In this document: positions 23,750-37,400 of the stretch, piece after piece
Numbering within the stretch: the stretch's first letter is position 1
Layout: each line of letters begins with the position of its first letter
Source: Azolla caroliniana
Lineage: Eukaryota > Plantae > Polypodiophyta
Length of the DNA stretch: 64,000 bases
NCBI GenBank assembly: GCA_043228905.1
Contig: JBHGNT010000011.1
Location: forward strand, 16,430,001 to 16,494,000
Direction: 5' to 3'
The notes under the pieces: model-generated
Database searches by the model: none
What the model saw: the letters and a program-made list of their open reading frames with translations, nothing else
Told to the model about the DNA's origin: nothing
Made by a program: the position numbers and the translations under genes

Positions 23750-24769
23750 TCATACACTCTTGTTCCCCAATATAGGCTTTAACTCCAATTAAAACATCCA
23801 ATGGAGTAAATAAACCTATCCACTTCTGTGTAGCAGATCCAATTTGCATCTGAATATTAGAAAGGGCATTTTGTATTGCGGAATACATTATCTTCCCACC
23901 CCTTATATTACTAATCTATAACATTTGTTGATCTATAGGTTTAGACAATAATAAATGTTCATACTTATTTTTTGGTGCTTGATTATGTCAATGTCGTAAA
24001 GTTTGTATACGCAATAATGTTCAACCTTTGGTTAGTTTTTTTATTGCAAATTCAAGAGGAACTTGTGTCAAGTCTATGATGTTACTAAAAGGATCGAATA
24101 CTCTATTTTTTGACATTTACTCTAAAAAATGTTTATTTTATTTGGTATGCGCTAAAAAAATTACATTTTCCAGTTGACATTTTCGCTTGTGGGAATGTGG
24201 TCGGTCAAAATTTTGAAATTCCAGACAAAGAGAGATTTTGTTATTGTTTTCAAAGGTCAAATAGGACCTACATGTGAAAGTCGGTAGCGACTCTCGATGT
24301 TCAATAAATTTACTAAATGTTGAAATCGAGATTACACATTGTGAATGATAGAGAAATTTATGCAAGGATTGGGTTTGGTCGAAGATGTGTGAAAAGCATA
24401 ATCAAATGTGATCAAGGGCAGAGCATTGTATCAAAGTGCTTAGACTCCTAATCTTGGTTCAAGCAATATGTGTATTGTCAACTACTCTTATCACATGTGC
24501 CCCAACCCCCCATGTCACATTGTAGTGCATGTGAGCTAAATAGCATGGAAGCAATGGTTCGGATGACAGACAATGGGATTCGCTCTAACATGAATTGAAG
24601 TGTGTGGTTTCCTAGTTTGGTGAAGAATATGGTTTTGTATTTTGGTGCAACAAATGTATTATAACGTGTGGAGCGTGAGTATCGACATTTTTCCCATCTC
24701 ATGACCCATTGACATTGCAAAAATGCCTCATTTACATAGGAATCTATGCAATGCAGCATGAAGTAAGTG

Positions 24770-25379
24770 TGTTGTTTCAGTTGAAAATCGTGACCGGACA
24801 CAACCAGTTGCTTATTCGTATATTCGGGTGAAGAAATCAAGATGAATGTGCATAGATAGAAAAACGACAGAAATACAACTAGAAACAGGGACATAAGATT
24901 TAACATGGAAACCCAAATCGAGAAAAACCACGTGGAGTCCACAAACCCCAAAACTGATCACTATATAGAGAGGAGTACAATAAAAAACTCGGAGGCAACG
25001 ACCTCGAGATCTTCTTCGTCAACAGACGGCTGCAGAGTTACACTCTCTCTCACACACTTAGTTATAGAGGCAACGACCTTCCTGGAACTCACAACCCAAT
25101 GATACAACAATGATCGACTACACCTTACTAAAGTTTGCCCTAGTTGTATTTATACTTATACAACTTTTTGGCTATTTACATACATACCCCACATGGGGCA
25201 CATTTCCACCCGTTTACAAATATAGTCTCCCAAGTTGGCTATATCCTAGATTTCGGTTTTGGCCTAGGCCGAGTTACTCATCAACTTGGATCTTCTCTTC
25301 CCATTCGGAAGGTCATGTTTCCCAACAGTTTTCGATCATCCAAACTAATTTTCCACATCTTGCATCGAACTAGATAACA
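24770..25379 (-). mobile_element. Probable solo LTR (copia-like)
   Basis: TGTT...AACA ends; the minus strand has TATAAATAC and GTGGTTTTTC...GGGTTTCCATGTTAAATCTT, an LTR-like motif; internal direct repeat GAGGCAACGACCT. No TSD found. Confidence 0.45.
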
Positions 25380-25446
25380 AGCTTTATGTTTCGTTTATAT
25401 CCCTTCTCTTGCTTCTTATCATTCTGAGAGTAAGCTCTTGCCAGTT

Positions 25447-25473
25447 GAGAGAGAGAGAGAGAGAGAGAGAGAG
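25447..25473 (+). repeat. (GA)n microsatellite
   Basis: Directly visible; a longer version lies at ~48692-48726. Confidence 0.9.
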
Positions 25474-26974
25474 CAAATTTAACAAAGGCAAAGTCTATTT
25501 TACCAAATTAGGGATGATTTTACAATGATAAACCTATTAATCAACTGTGTAAGTCAAAACCAAGATAAGTAAAGGGAGTTGGTTTGTAAAGGAAGTACAT
25601 GTAGTGGTTTGTAGAAAATTTGTAAGTATGCAGCATATTATTTACAATGTAGCTCCCAATCATTTAAGGTATGGATGGACTTTACATGTTCTTGCATTAT
25701 ATTATGTGTTCACATAACACTTGTTATTTTCTTCCATCCTGGTCAATTAAAATGTGTGTAATAGTTTATGTTATAAGGAAATGGATAGAATTTCCACCTA
25801 ATATTGTGTAGTATTTCCTTTGAATGTTAACAATACGAGCATTTTTGTTTTCAGACACGAGTAATTATATTATTGGAATGGAATGTTAGTTGAATCCTTC
25901 ATTGGCAACAAATATTACATTAGTATCACATGCCTAGTTTCGACATGAATAATCCAAATAATGATTAATATTGTCTCTCAAATAGTTCCAACGTATTAAT
26001 TCATCAACTTCATCACAAAACCAACACATAATACTATGTTTTATCAACTACTACGTTGGTAGTGGGTAAGCAATATAAATAAGATAAACCATATTGAAAG
26101 ATAGGGTGCCACTCTCATACCTACTATTAGAGGAACACAAAACTATTGGCTTTCACTTGCCTTCCCCCACGTCCTAGGGCTAGTGAAGGATCACTTTCTT
26201 ATTACATGCTTTGCATATAGTGCAATTTATGAAAACTATGCTGATGTATTAAGAGGGGGCAATGACTTGAGTGTATGCCTTAATTAACACAATGGGATTT
26301 TGTGTGTCGTAGTATGAATCTCCCTTCTTAAAAAGGTGACACACATTGAGAAAATTTTGTACTTAGATCCCATGGATCAATATCGGTATCTCTATGGATG
26401 TTAAAAAATATCTAATGGAATCTAAGTGCATACACCACAACTCACTTAAGATCAAATAGAGTACCTGAGAGGCCAATGAACAAACGCTAGAGAGACACAA
26501 AAAATAATATAAGAAACACCCCCTACACCATAGAAAAGAATGAGAAAAATTCAACTAGAAGCCAATATATGAGTCGATATCAAATGATACCCTCTTGTTT
26601 ACCGTGTCATTTGGAAAATAGATTAAGTATACTAGAGTTGGAGGTTCCTTACGGAAAGAATAACAATTAGACATGGCATGGGCCACACGGTAAATGTAAA
26701 ACCATTCAAAGACAAAGACTAGACTAGGATTGTTGATGTGGAGACTAATTATGTTTTCTATTTGGAGACGATCATGACTGAGCAATCCACACACGCGCAC
26801 AGGCAATTATAAATATAAATATATGGATATAAATAGGCATTGTTGCCAAGTGAAGCAGCAGAAGCAAGAGTAACCAACACTCTTGAGTAAAATATTTGTT
26901 TGGTCTTAGTGACTTATCTATCTATATCCCGGCATACTTTCCGTTTCAACTCTTATTTCAGAGTCCTAATCATT

Positions 26975-28034
26975 ATGGCCATGAATGCGTTGATCCCCAT
27001 CTTGGGTTTGTCAATCAATATAATGATGGCGGTTATGATGACAATGGTTAATGGAGCAGATCCGGATCCGTTGGTGGATATCCCCACGACCGCACCGGAG
27101 AGTCAATTCGTCCTCCGAGATTTGTTAACTAATGGTGCCGTCACACGAGACAGCGGAGGTATTAGGGCCGCGGTCAACATCACCAACCTACCCCTCACCA
27201 TGTAATATACAACATTCATTCTTCTAACACCTAAGCCCTTTAACATGCTCCTCTGTCTTTAAAGTGACCGATGGTTCCTTATATTTGGTTTTAGGTCGGA
27301 GGGGATCACGTACGTGCGGTTCCAGATGGTGCCGTGCGGTGTGAACCTGCCGCACACTCACCCGCGTGCGACCGAGATCCTAACACTCATCTCCGGGGGA
27401 CCACTCCAAGTCGGATTCGTCGACACCTCGGGTGCGCACAAGTTTGAAACAAATTGTCTTTAAAATTATTCTTTTCTAGTAGTGTTAGCAGGCATTTAAA
27501 TTAGATGGATTCATCATATCATCTAATTTAATGATTGAATTTTCTTCAAAAACAAATAGGGACTCCACACATCAACATTCTGTACCCGGGCGATGTGACG
27601 CTCTTCCCACGCGGGCTCCTCCACTTCGAGATCAACGTCGGCAAAGTGACAGCCGACTACATCTCCGCCCTCAACAGCCAGAACCCGGGCACCCTGGTTG
27701 GTTCATTCCCATACCCACACACTCCATTAGCTCCTCATTCATTCATTCATTCATTCATTCTTTATATGTCTCTTGCTTGTGTTTCAAACAGCTTATCATC
27801 TTACATATGTTTTTTGTATGTATGTTACGTGTGTGTGTGTGTGCGTGCGTGTGCATGCAGTCCGCCAGCCTGTCGCTGTTCCAGGTGCCTGCACGTGCGC
27901 TCGCCACGTCACTAAATGCCAGCAGGGCGGAGGTGGCTGACTTGGCATCCACGTTGTTCCCGTACGGCGACGGCCTGAAGAAGACGTCTGACAGTGGATG
28001 CATCCCGGGGCGGGACATCACCACCCGTTTCTAA
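26975..28034 (+). CDS. GLP: Germin-like protein, copy 2; exons 26975-27201, 27295-27431, 27560-27696, 27861-28034
   Basis: Same splice sites and motifs as copy 1, with TYVRF in place of TYMRF. Confidence 0.93.
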
Positions 28035-29170
28035 CTAAAGTCACTCCAAAATGAATGTACTCATGATAAATAAAAGAAATGAATGAAATAGCCACCACAA
28101 TTTGCTTTACAACAAAAAACTATCGCATTAATGTGCAGGATTTGTAGTCTCTCCTTTATCTTTGCGGTTTACTAGTGAAGAACATGAATATCAAGTATTG
28201 TTTCAGGGTTTACAAGATGTGTTCTTCTTGACATACAATGGGTTTTGATTTTAGTGAAAGCGATACATCTCTCTATATTTGACCTCCGAAGACGATAATA
28301 TAATCTATCTATCTATCTATTTGTGATCGGCATATCCCCAACCTTGCCACCCACAATACTAACACCCCACTTATGAGGGCCACCAATGTCTCCAAAAATA
28401 CTTACGTGCATGTCAATGGCATTATTGATTATCAATGGTGTTATCAGTCATAATCTACTTTAATGTAGATTAGTTGGCAAATATGCACTCACCCGAATGT
28501 CTAAATCTATATGAGCTTCTAATGACTTGTGTATGTGTGAATGTGGAAATGTTTCGATGTGCATGTGAATGCATAAGTGCATATGAATTTTTACTTGTGT
28601 TTGTATAAACAAAGTATACTTCTGTGAACAACATGTTAAGTGTCTGTCGTGCATGTGTGTATGTAAGTGTGTTAATGGTGTGTATGTATGGAAGTCTGTA
28701 AATGACTACATGCACAATTAGTTAATGCGTGTTTGTAAATGTGTGAATGTGCCTTTAAATGTAAAATTTGATGGGGGTAGGGGTATCTCATGATTTAGAT
28801 AAGATGTAGATATATATTTTGTTGGGAACATATGAAATTTCCTCTCCCTTCTTTTCCTTAGATTCATTTCTAGAGGGAATGGAAATAAGTGAAGAAAAAG
28901 AATTGGGTTGTAATGTGCCTCACCCCTTACTATTGTAAAAGGGAGTGAGGGATCACCGGGTTAGACCGTTAGGCTTTTATTTCTTCTTCGTCTATTTCGT
29001 TTAGGGTTTCGTTCGGTCATCATGGTAGTAGTTAGGAAGGTTTAAGGTTTCCTTCTCTCTTCCTTTAGTCACTGTCATTTCTTTTGTCGTGCTTGGGTCC
29101 AGCCTAAATGGCCGCGGTTTTAATCTTTTGGGGGCATCGAGCCTTATAATGCAATGAGCTTATTTAACCT

Positions 29171-29373
29171 TGTCACGATCTATTTCACTTTGTGTGATTA
29201 ATCTCTTCTTCCGTCTGTTATCCCTTTGAGCTCAAGGCCACAAAGGGACAGGCTCCCATTCCCCAATGGGGCAGGTCCATGGGGATCTTCACCCAAGGAA
29301 TCAGGGAAGTGAGAGGGGAAGAATCTGCACTTCGCGGAGGCACCGAGACCGTGGGTAAATAGAGAATTGTAGT

Positions 29374-29410
<37 letters not shown>

Positions 29411-29880
29411 GTGTGTAGCCATGGACACCCACACAGATAGACAGATAGAGACGTGGTGAACAACTGGTATTAAGTAAATAGGGTTATATTAATCAAAACG
29501 CACGCACGACACAGTACACGATTACAACCGGATCAGAGCCGGTGATGGACTGTAGAGCTCATTTGCTTCTCTTCTTCATCTCCAGATCACCCCTAAATTA
29601 GTCTGAGGCCGCCCCTCTTATAGCGCAAGGAGCGACCATTACAAAAGCCTTTAAGACCTGTCACTTTCCTCCCCAAATTCACTCCTCGATTCGTTCTCCT
29701 CGTAACTCTCCCCCCTACGCGATGTCAGAACTCCTATTAATGCTCTAACTACTTAGGACCCCTCATCCTACCAATACCTAGTATTTACATAGTTTAATTC
29801 GGTAGGGATGTGCACTCATGCACACCCGTGTTCCCGTGTGTTTCACATGGTTTCTCCTATGGCCCGGAATCTTCACGACA
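29171..29880 (-). mobile_element. 3' LTR of the Ty3/gypsy element, unit 2
   Basis: Copy of 4445-5150. Confidence 0.7.
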
Positions 29881-32633
29881 TTCACCCCCACCAAACCGCA
29901 CATCCTTCGGTATGTGCCAGATAGCGAATTTAGTGAGGGATTCCGGGGCCTTCTACTACTCGTCCTCCTCTTCTGAACTACTATTTTCGGCTCCCACCGT
30001 TGGGTCTCTTTCCGCCTCTTGAAGGCCTTTATCCGCTTTCCGGCCACTCGTGTCCTCATTCGAGTCCCGTCGAGCTCCTCGAGATCATACATCGCGTTGT
30101 CGTTGACGCTGATTACCATGTATGGCCCAAACCTCCATTTTGCGAACTTATGCATAGACCGATGTTGGTTGTCGAGGCTGCTATCGTAAACTAATACCCA
30201 ATCGCCTTCCTCGATCTTCTTCGGCCGGAGCCGGTGTCGTGAAGATCTGTCACTAAGCGCGGATCGTGAGGCGGAACCACCGGGGTCCTTGACCGGAAGG
30301 ATTCGAAGTTGGCACAAGCTTTAGCGAGAAAGTATTTAAGATAGATTGAGATTAAACACTTGACTTTAGATTGAGAGAGATAAGATCGAACTTTTAACTT
30401 TAGATTTGAGAGCCAAGATACATCAACAAAAAGGTTACAAGTCTCTTATTTGATCATCGAAAATTTTACATTAGTCCTTTCATCTTTTTCCTCCCCTCTT
30501 TTATAAATGCCCTCATGCTTTGAGGGTACAAGACATACATAAAGTGCATGTTTGCCATTTGGCACTCATGTATTACATGTGGTGCATGATAACCACGTCA
30601 CTCATTTAAGGTCTCATGTATGAGAATTTACATGTAAAACTATAATGACAATAATATTATTTTATGAAAATGTCTTGGCTTAGTGGTAAGCCTATAGACT
30701 CTCAACTTCGAGGTGCAAGGTTCAAATCCACACTTGCACTCCTTGTGTATATATCTATACATATATATATTTATTTATTTATATATCTATTCGGATGTCG
30801 GATGCAGCCGGTTTGCTGGATGTCGCCGGCTCCGCCGCCAGTTGACGCCTCCGTCGTCGGATCCGCCACTGACCGGCCGGTTCCGATTTGCTTACCGGCC
30901 GGTTCCTATTTCGGTTTGCTTAACGGCCGGTTCCGGATTGCTTACCGACCGGTCCCGGTTTGCTTACCGGCCGGTTTCGGTTTGGTTTCCATTTTATCGG
31001 TCGGTTCCGATTTGGTTTTATTGCTAGTCGTTTTTTGGGAATTTGGCCACATTCATCCATCTAGACAAAGTGGCCAAAGTTCTCTTAGCACAAATGAAAA
31101 ATAAGGGATCTCAATGTGCTTATATAGCTAGGGCCTTAACTTTTCTATCTATGTGGGATATTTCACAGTTCTTTTTCTTCTTTTTTTTTGCAAAACTTCA
31201 TACCCACATAAGTTGACACTTAGATGCACTTAGATGTTCGATTCTTATGTTCGTTTCAAGACCTCCATCCTTTTATAGTTTTATGTGATTTTCACACCAT
31301 TACCAAAATCTTCACGACACCGGTGTGTTTGGTCGAACCTGGCCTTGTTCCGGATTCTCGCTTCTTTCACCCTTGCCGTGGCCGATTCCACGTCCTCCGG
31401 CCTCCGCTCGAGTTGTCGGATGCGTGTTGCCAACAACTCTTCTTGACTCATTTCGTTAGCCCAATTGATCGCCATCCAGGAGGTGATCGTCCGCTCCACT
31501 AGCATGATGGGTTTGTGTCCATACATAAGTTCCGTCGACATGTACCATGTCACCGAATTGTGGGTAGTCCTGTCTACCCATAACGCGTAAGGGAGCAACC
31601 TCAGCCAGTCGCCAACTCGTCCTTCGCACGCGTACACAATGGCCTTTATGATCGGACTATGGCCTCGTTCGATCTTTCCATTTGCTTCCAGGTTGTACGC
31701 CGTTGTGAGGGACAGTTTTACGCCTAACCGATCAAACAGTTCCTTGGCCTCCTCTGCATTTAGCTCCCCTCGGTCAGCCACAATATTTCCTACACACCCG
31801 TATCGGCATCTGACATCCTCGATCAGAAACTTGCACACTGCCGCGGTGGTCTTGTTTGTTAGTGCTCAACCCTCGACCTGGTTCGTTAGGTATTCCCTTG
31901 CTAGCACCAGGTATCACTTCTAGCCTTCTCCCATCGGCATCTTCACTAAGTCGACCATCCACCTGAAGTGCACGGTCGGTGGGTATGTTGGGTGCAGTTT
32001 GTCGCGGTGTCAAACCACCGAGTGCATGTGGCAGCTTTCGCACGTTGACACGAAGTCGTGCACGCTCTTATATATGCCCGACAACCAATATTTCTCCTTT
32101 AGCTTCTCGAACGTGCCCCATGTGCCCCAGTGCCTGGCCCAAGGGCTTTCGTGGAATTCTGATATTAGTCTCCCTCGATCCTCTACCCGTGCCATTACCT
32201 GGAGCGGTGCATCATTTCGCCTCTTCGGGAACCTCCAGATTTTCGCGTTCCGCCGGAAGTACCGGTACGCCTTTTTCTGGAGCTGACTTGCTTCTTCCCT
32301 ACTCATCGAGGCGTCCATCATCATTGTTCTTAGTAATCTCCCGGTTAGAAGCAACTCCCCATCGTAGTCGTCCTCATCAAACTCGTTCAGGGAGGAGTGC
32401 TTCGCCTGTTTACCCTCGTCCTCGCCGATTTGAAGAAGTTTGCGCCGACTTCTTCTTCTTCCAATACCATGTCGTCCTTGTTCTCGAACCTTGCTCTAGA
32501 AAGCATATTGGCCATGACGCTATCTTTTCCTGAGATGTGTCATATCTCTGGGTTCAGGGACTTGATGTACACAATCCACCTGAGCATGGCCAGGTCGGGA
32601 GTCGTGCATCCGGAGACCATACCGAGAATCGTC
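29881..32633 (-). pseudogene. Ty3/gypsy pol fragment, unit 2 (longest version)
   Basis: Retains the HHCC zinc finger HESPWARH...YWLSGIYKSVHDFVSTCESCH and the start of the integrase core, which unit 1 lacks; in-frame stops are present. Confidence 0.85.
30235..31319. mobile_element. TIR-bounded insertion, unit 2
   Basis: CCGG|TGTCGTGAAGAT...ATCTTCACGACA|CCGG. Confidence 0.8.
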
Positions 32634-33079
32634 ACATGGGCGAGTAGTCTTGATGTGTCGTCGTAGTAGCCACACTCGATCTCCAATGTCAAAATTGGAT
32701 GGAAGTCGATGATGATCCGCGTAAACCTTGTGTGTTTGTTGAGCTTGTTGTAGATGAGTAGATAAATTCGCTTGTATCTTACGTAGCCGCTCTGCACAAG
32801 GATTTGTAGGTAACTCTTGGGTTTCAAATACACACCACCGGGGGTGACAGCCTGTGTAAGCATAAAATGGTGTCACCTTTGTCAATGAGTGGACAGAATT
32901 ATTATACTCAAATTCGGTGAAGGGGAGAATATCCGCCCAGTCATCTTGACGATAGCTTAAAAAGCACCGAAGATACTGCTCCAGCGTTTGATTTGTTCGT
33001 TCTACTTGGCCGTCTGTTTGCAGGTGGTAGCCGGAGGAGAGGTTACAAGTGACCTTAAGCATTTTAAAGAAGTGCTTCG
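32634..33079 (-). pseudogene. Inverted chromovirus integrase core, unit 2
   Basis: QTDGQVERTNQTLEQYLR...TTRPCD. Confidence 0.85.
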
Positions 33080-33520
33080 TTGGATTACTGGCGATTAGGT
33101 CCTTTTCGTATTATCGGAAAAATTAATGATGTCGCTTTTCGTCTCGATCTACCTCCACAACTTCGGATACATCCGGTGTTTCATAGTTCTCTCCTCGAAC
33201 CCTATCAAGACAACACCATCCCAGGTCATATTAAACAACCTCCACCCCCAATCCAGCTTGAAGATGGACCTGAGTATGAGGTTGCCGCCATCCTCGATTC
33301 CAAGATTGTTCGCAACAAGCTCTACTATTTAGTCGATTGGCTAGGATATAGTCCCAGCGAGCGTACTTGGGAACCAATAGAGAATGTGACCAATGCTCGT
33401 GCACTTCTTGAAGATTTCCATCGTCAATATCCAGACAATCCGGGTCCTCAATCAAAAATGACTCGTGACACTCATCGTTATAAAGGGTGTATAGTGTCAT
33501 GATATGCCAAGACTCGAATC
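33080..33520 (+). pseudogene. Chromovirus integrase C-terminus and chromodomain, unit 2
   Basis: Copy of 8087-8527. Confidence 0.88.
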
Positions 33521-34493
33521 TACGACAGTTGAGGGTTTTCAGTAGCATCGCCTATGAGCATGTGCCGAAGGAGAAGCGGAGGAAGCTTGACGCGAAAGCT
33601 GAGAAGTGTATCTTGGTCAGCTGTTCGAACGAACAAAAGGGTTATAAGTGTTATTGTCGTGATATGGCCAGACTCAAACCCATGACCCTATGTTACATGG
33701 GTCGAGCTTTTGACCATTAGAGTATATATTGTAATACAAAAAATATTATTTTCATTTAGATTTTACTTTAGAAAATTGATGTATATTCCAGATTTCTCTG
33801 GAACATTCTAGAAACTTCAAGAGTACTCTTGAGAACACTAAAAGGAGGCACAAGGCATTATTTCGAACCAAATCAGTTCAACGCCAGTCTTAAGCCTCCT
33901 AGCTACTATTGTATATTCCCGTAACATAATATGTATCTTTTGCTATCCTCATTCTCTCTCTCTCTTCCCCTCACTCTCTCCTTCTCTCAAGAGTTCTACA
34001 CCTCCCTTAGTACTAATCCTCATCTTGGTACTTGCCTCCGACTCCGGGACTCGGCTCCAATCCGAGTTCTGAAGATAAGGTCAGCGAGGCTGAGATTCCC
34101 CCTCATGAAAGCGAAGTCGGAACTCTTGAAGAGAGTCTGATCTCATTTCGGCTAAGTGGACCGAATGAGCGACTGAGTCAGTTTAACCATTCATATGAAG
34201 AGCCGGGGAGTAGTGGAGACTCTGCTGTGCATTCCCTGCGCAGGGAACCGAAGAGACGGCTTACGCGCAAAGAAAAGGGAAACAAGAAAATGCTGGAGTA
34301 AGGCACAGATAGGGACGAGTCGGATCAATCGGAATCCGACTCAGGGAAGACCAATGACGGGCCTTCAAGACCAAAGCCCGCGTCGTCCAGAAAGGCCTTG
34401 ACATCACCTAATGAGCAATTATGCCGATCTAACCGCTAGAAGAACCCTATTGTGCAGTTCGGATACAACGAGTACATGGCACATCACTATGCA
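33516..34493 (+). pseudogene. Ty1/copia fragment with nested LTR (33655-34000), unit 2
   Basis: Copy of 8523-9500. Confidence 0.72.
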
Positions 34494-37400
34494 TACATCA
34501 AGGGTGGAATGCAACAGCAAGGGTTTTGATTACTTTTGGCCCGATTCAAATACATCAAGGGCGGACTACAACAACACTCACAAAATAAGATTATTAATTT
34601 CAAGTCTTTGCACACGAATATGATACAGATACTATTGCCAAGAATCATGTTGGATATTGGAGTTAAAAAAACAAATCCATCAAGGGTGCATAGCTTAGAT
34701 GTAGAGCAATCGGCTGCAGTCCGATAGGTCATCAGTTTAATCCTGGTTGCGCCCTAAAACAAGAATAGTAGGTATTATCTTTATCAACACTTACATCCTA
34801 AGAATATTAATTACAAAATGTTACACACAAACATGCATATGCCTTATGTGTCGAATGTTTCAAATCTAAGATGATATGTATACTAGCTGTCAGAAACATT
34901 CTAAGATGATATTACTACTATTGATAAAACTTCTTTAATACGGGATATTGGAATAAACATAACAACGGATAATAGGTGCATAGCTCGGTGGTAGAAGAAT
35001 CCGTCGCAGTGTGATAGGTCATCAGTTCAATCCTCCTTGTGCCTTAAATCATCAAGACTATAAATTACCTCCAACAACTCTCACAACCCTGTATTATTAA
35101 TTTCAAATCTTTGCAAACGAACTTGTGTATCCCTTATGTGTCAAATATAACACAAACATGCATATGCATTATGTGTTAAATGTGTGTCTAATATAACATA
35201 ATCATTCCTATGCATTATGTGTCAAATGTGTGTCAAATATAACATAATCATGCCTATGCATTATGTGTCGAATGTTTCAAATCTAGGATGATATGAATTC
35301 GATCGGCCAGAAGTATTCTTGGACATTGGATTAAACAAAAGAACCAATCATGGGTGCATAGCTAAATGGTGGAGCAATCCGTTGTAGTCCGATAGGTCAT
35401 GGGTGCATAGTTCAATGGTGGAGCAATCCGTTGCAGTCCGATAGGTCATCAATTTAATCCTCCTTGTGACCTAAAGCAAAAAAAGTATAGATTACCTCCA
35501 TCAACACTCACAACTTGAGCTTATTAATTTTAAATTATTGTACAAGAACATTTGTATCCCATGTGTGTGAAATATGGTACTTAATTTCGGCGAATGGAGA
35601 GCACGAACGCATGTTGCCTCACTGTATGTCTATTGAGGGTTTGCATTACTTTTGGCCCTATTCAAATACATCAATGGTGGACTACAAAAACACTCAATAA
35701 CTAAGATTATTAATTTCAAATCTTTGCACACAAACATGATACATATACTATTGCCAACAATCGTGTTGGATACTGGAGTTAAACAAACGAGTCCATCAAG
35801 GGTGCATAGCTCAGTGATAGAGCAATCAGCTGCAATTCGATAGGTCATCAGTTCAATCCTGGTTGCGCCCTAAAACAAGAATAGTAGGTATTATCTTTAA
35901 CAACACTTACATCCTAAGATTTTTAATTACAAAATGTTATACATAAACATGCATATACCTTATGTGTCGAATGTTTCAAATCTATGATGATATGAATACT
36001 AGCTGTAAGAAACATTCTAAAATGATATGAATACTATTGATAAGACGGTTTTAATACCGGATATTGGACAACGAGTAATTGGTGCATACCTCGGTGGTAG
36101 AATAATCGGTCGTAGTGCGATATGTCATTACTTCAATTCTTCTTGTGCCGTAACTCAACAAGAGTATAAATTACCTGCAACAACACTTATAGCCCGAGAT
36201 TATGAATTTGAAATCTTTGCAAATGAAGATGCGTATCTATTATGTGTCAAGTATAACCCAAACATGCATATGCATTATGTGTCGAATGTTTCAAATCTAA
36301 GATGATATGAATACTATTGGCAAGAAATATTCTTGGATATTCGAATAAAACAAAGAACCAATCATGGGTGTATAACTCAATGGTAGAGCAATCGGTTGAA
36401 GTCTGATAGATCGTCAATTTAATCCTCCTTGTGCCCTAAAGCAAGAAGAATATAGATTACCTCGTATAACACTCACAACTTCATGTTATCAATCTCAAAT
36501 TATTGCATAGGAACATGCGTATCTCTGCTGTGTCAAATATGGCACTTGATTTCGGCGAATGGTGAGCGCGAACGCACGTTGGCTTACTGTATGTCTACTG
36601 AAGGTTTTGATTACTTTTGGCGCGATTCAAATACATCAAGGGTGGACTGCAACAACATTCAGAAACTAAGATTATTAATTTCAAATCTTTGCACACGAAT
36701 ATAATACAAATACTATTGCCAAGAATCTTGTTGGATATTGGAGTTAAACAAACGAATCCATCAAGGGTGCATAGCTCAGTGATAGAGCAATCAGTTGCAA
36801 TCCGATAGGTCATCAGTTCAATCCTGGTTGTGCCCTAAAACAAGAAGAGTAGGTAAACCCTTTAACAACTCTTACATCCTAAGAATATTAATTATGAAAT
36901 GTGACACACGAACATGCATATGCTTTATGTGTCGAATGTTTCAAATCTAAGATGTTATGAATACTAGCTATAAGAAACATTCTAAGATGATATGAACACT
37001 ATTGATAAGACATCTTTAATACAGGATATTGGAATAAACACAACAACTAATAAGAGGTGCGTAGCTTGGCAGTAGAGCAATTGATCGTAGTGCGACAGGT
37101 GATCAGTTGAATCCTCCTTGTGCCCTCAATCAAGAAGACTATAAATTACATCCAACAACACTCACAACCCAAGATTATTAATTTCAAATCTTTCCAAACG
37201 AACATCCGTATCCCTCATGGGTCAAATATATCACAAACATGCATATGCATTATGTGTCAAATGTTTCAAATCTAAGATGATATGAATACTATCGGCAAGA
37301 AATATTCTTGGACATTGGAATAAACAAAAGAATAAATCATGCATGCATAACTCAATGGTGGAGCAATCGGTTGCAGTGCGATAGGTCATCAATTTAATCC

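Noticed and set aside
24138-25377. ORFs of 65-157 aa duplicated at 47383-48622
   Set aside because: No recognisable domains; their conservation reflects the recent duplication, and several lie within a probable LTR.
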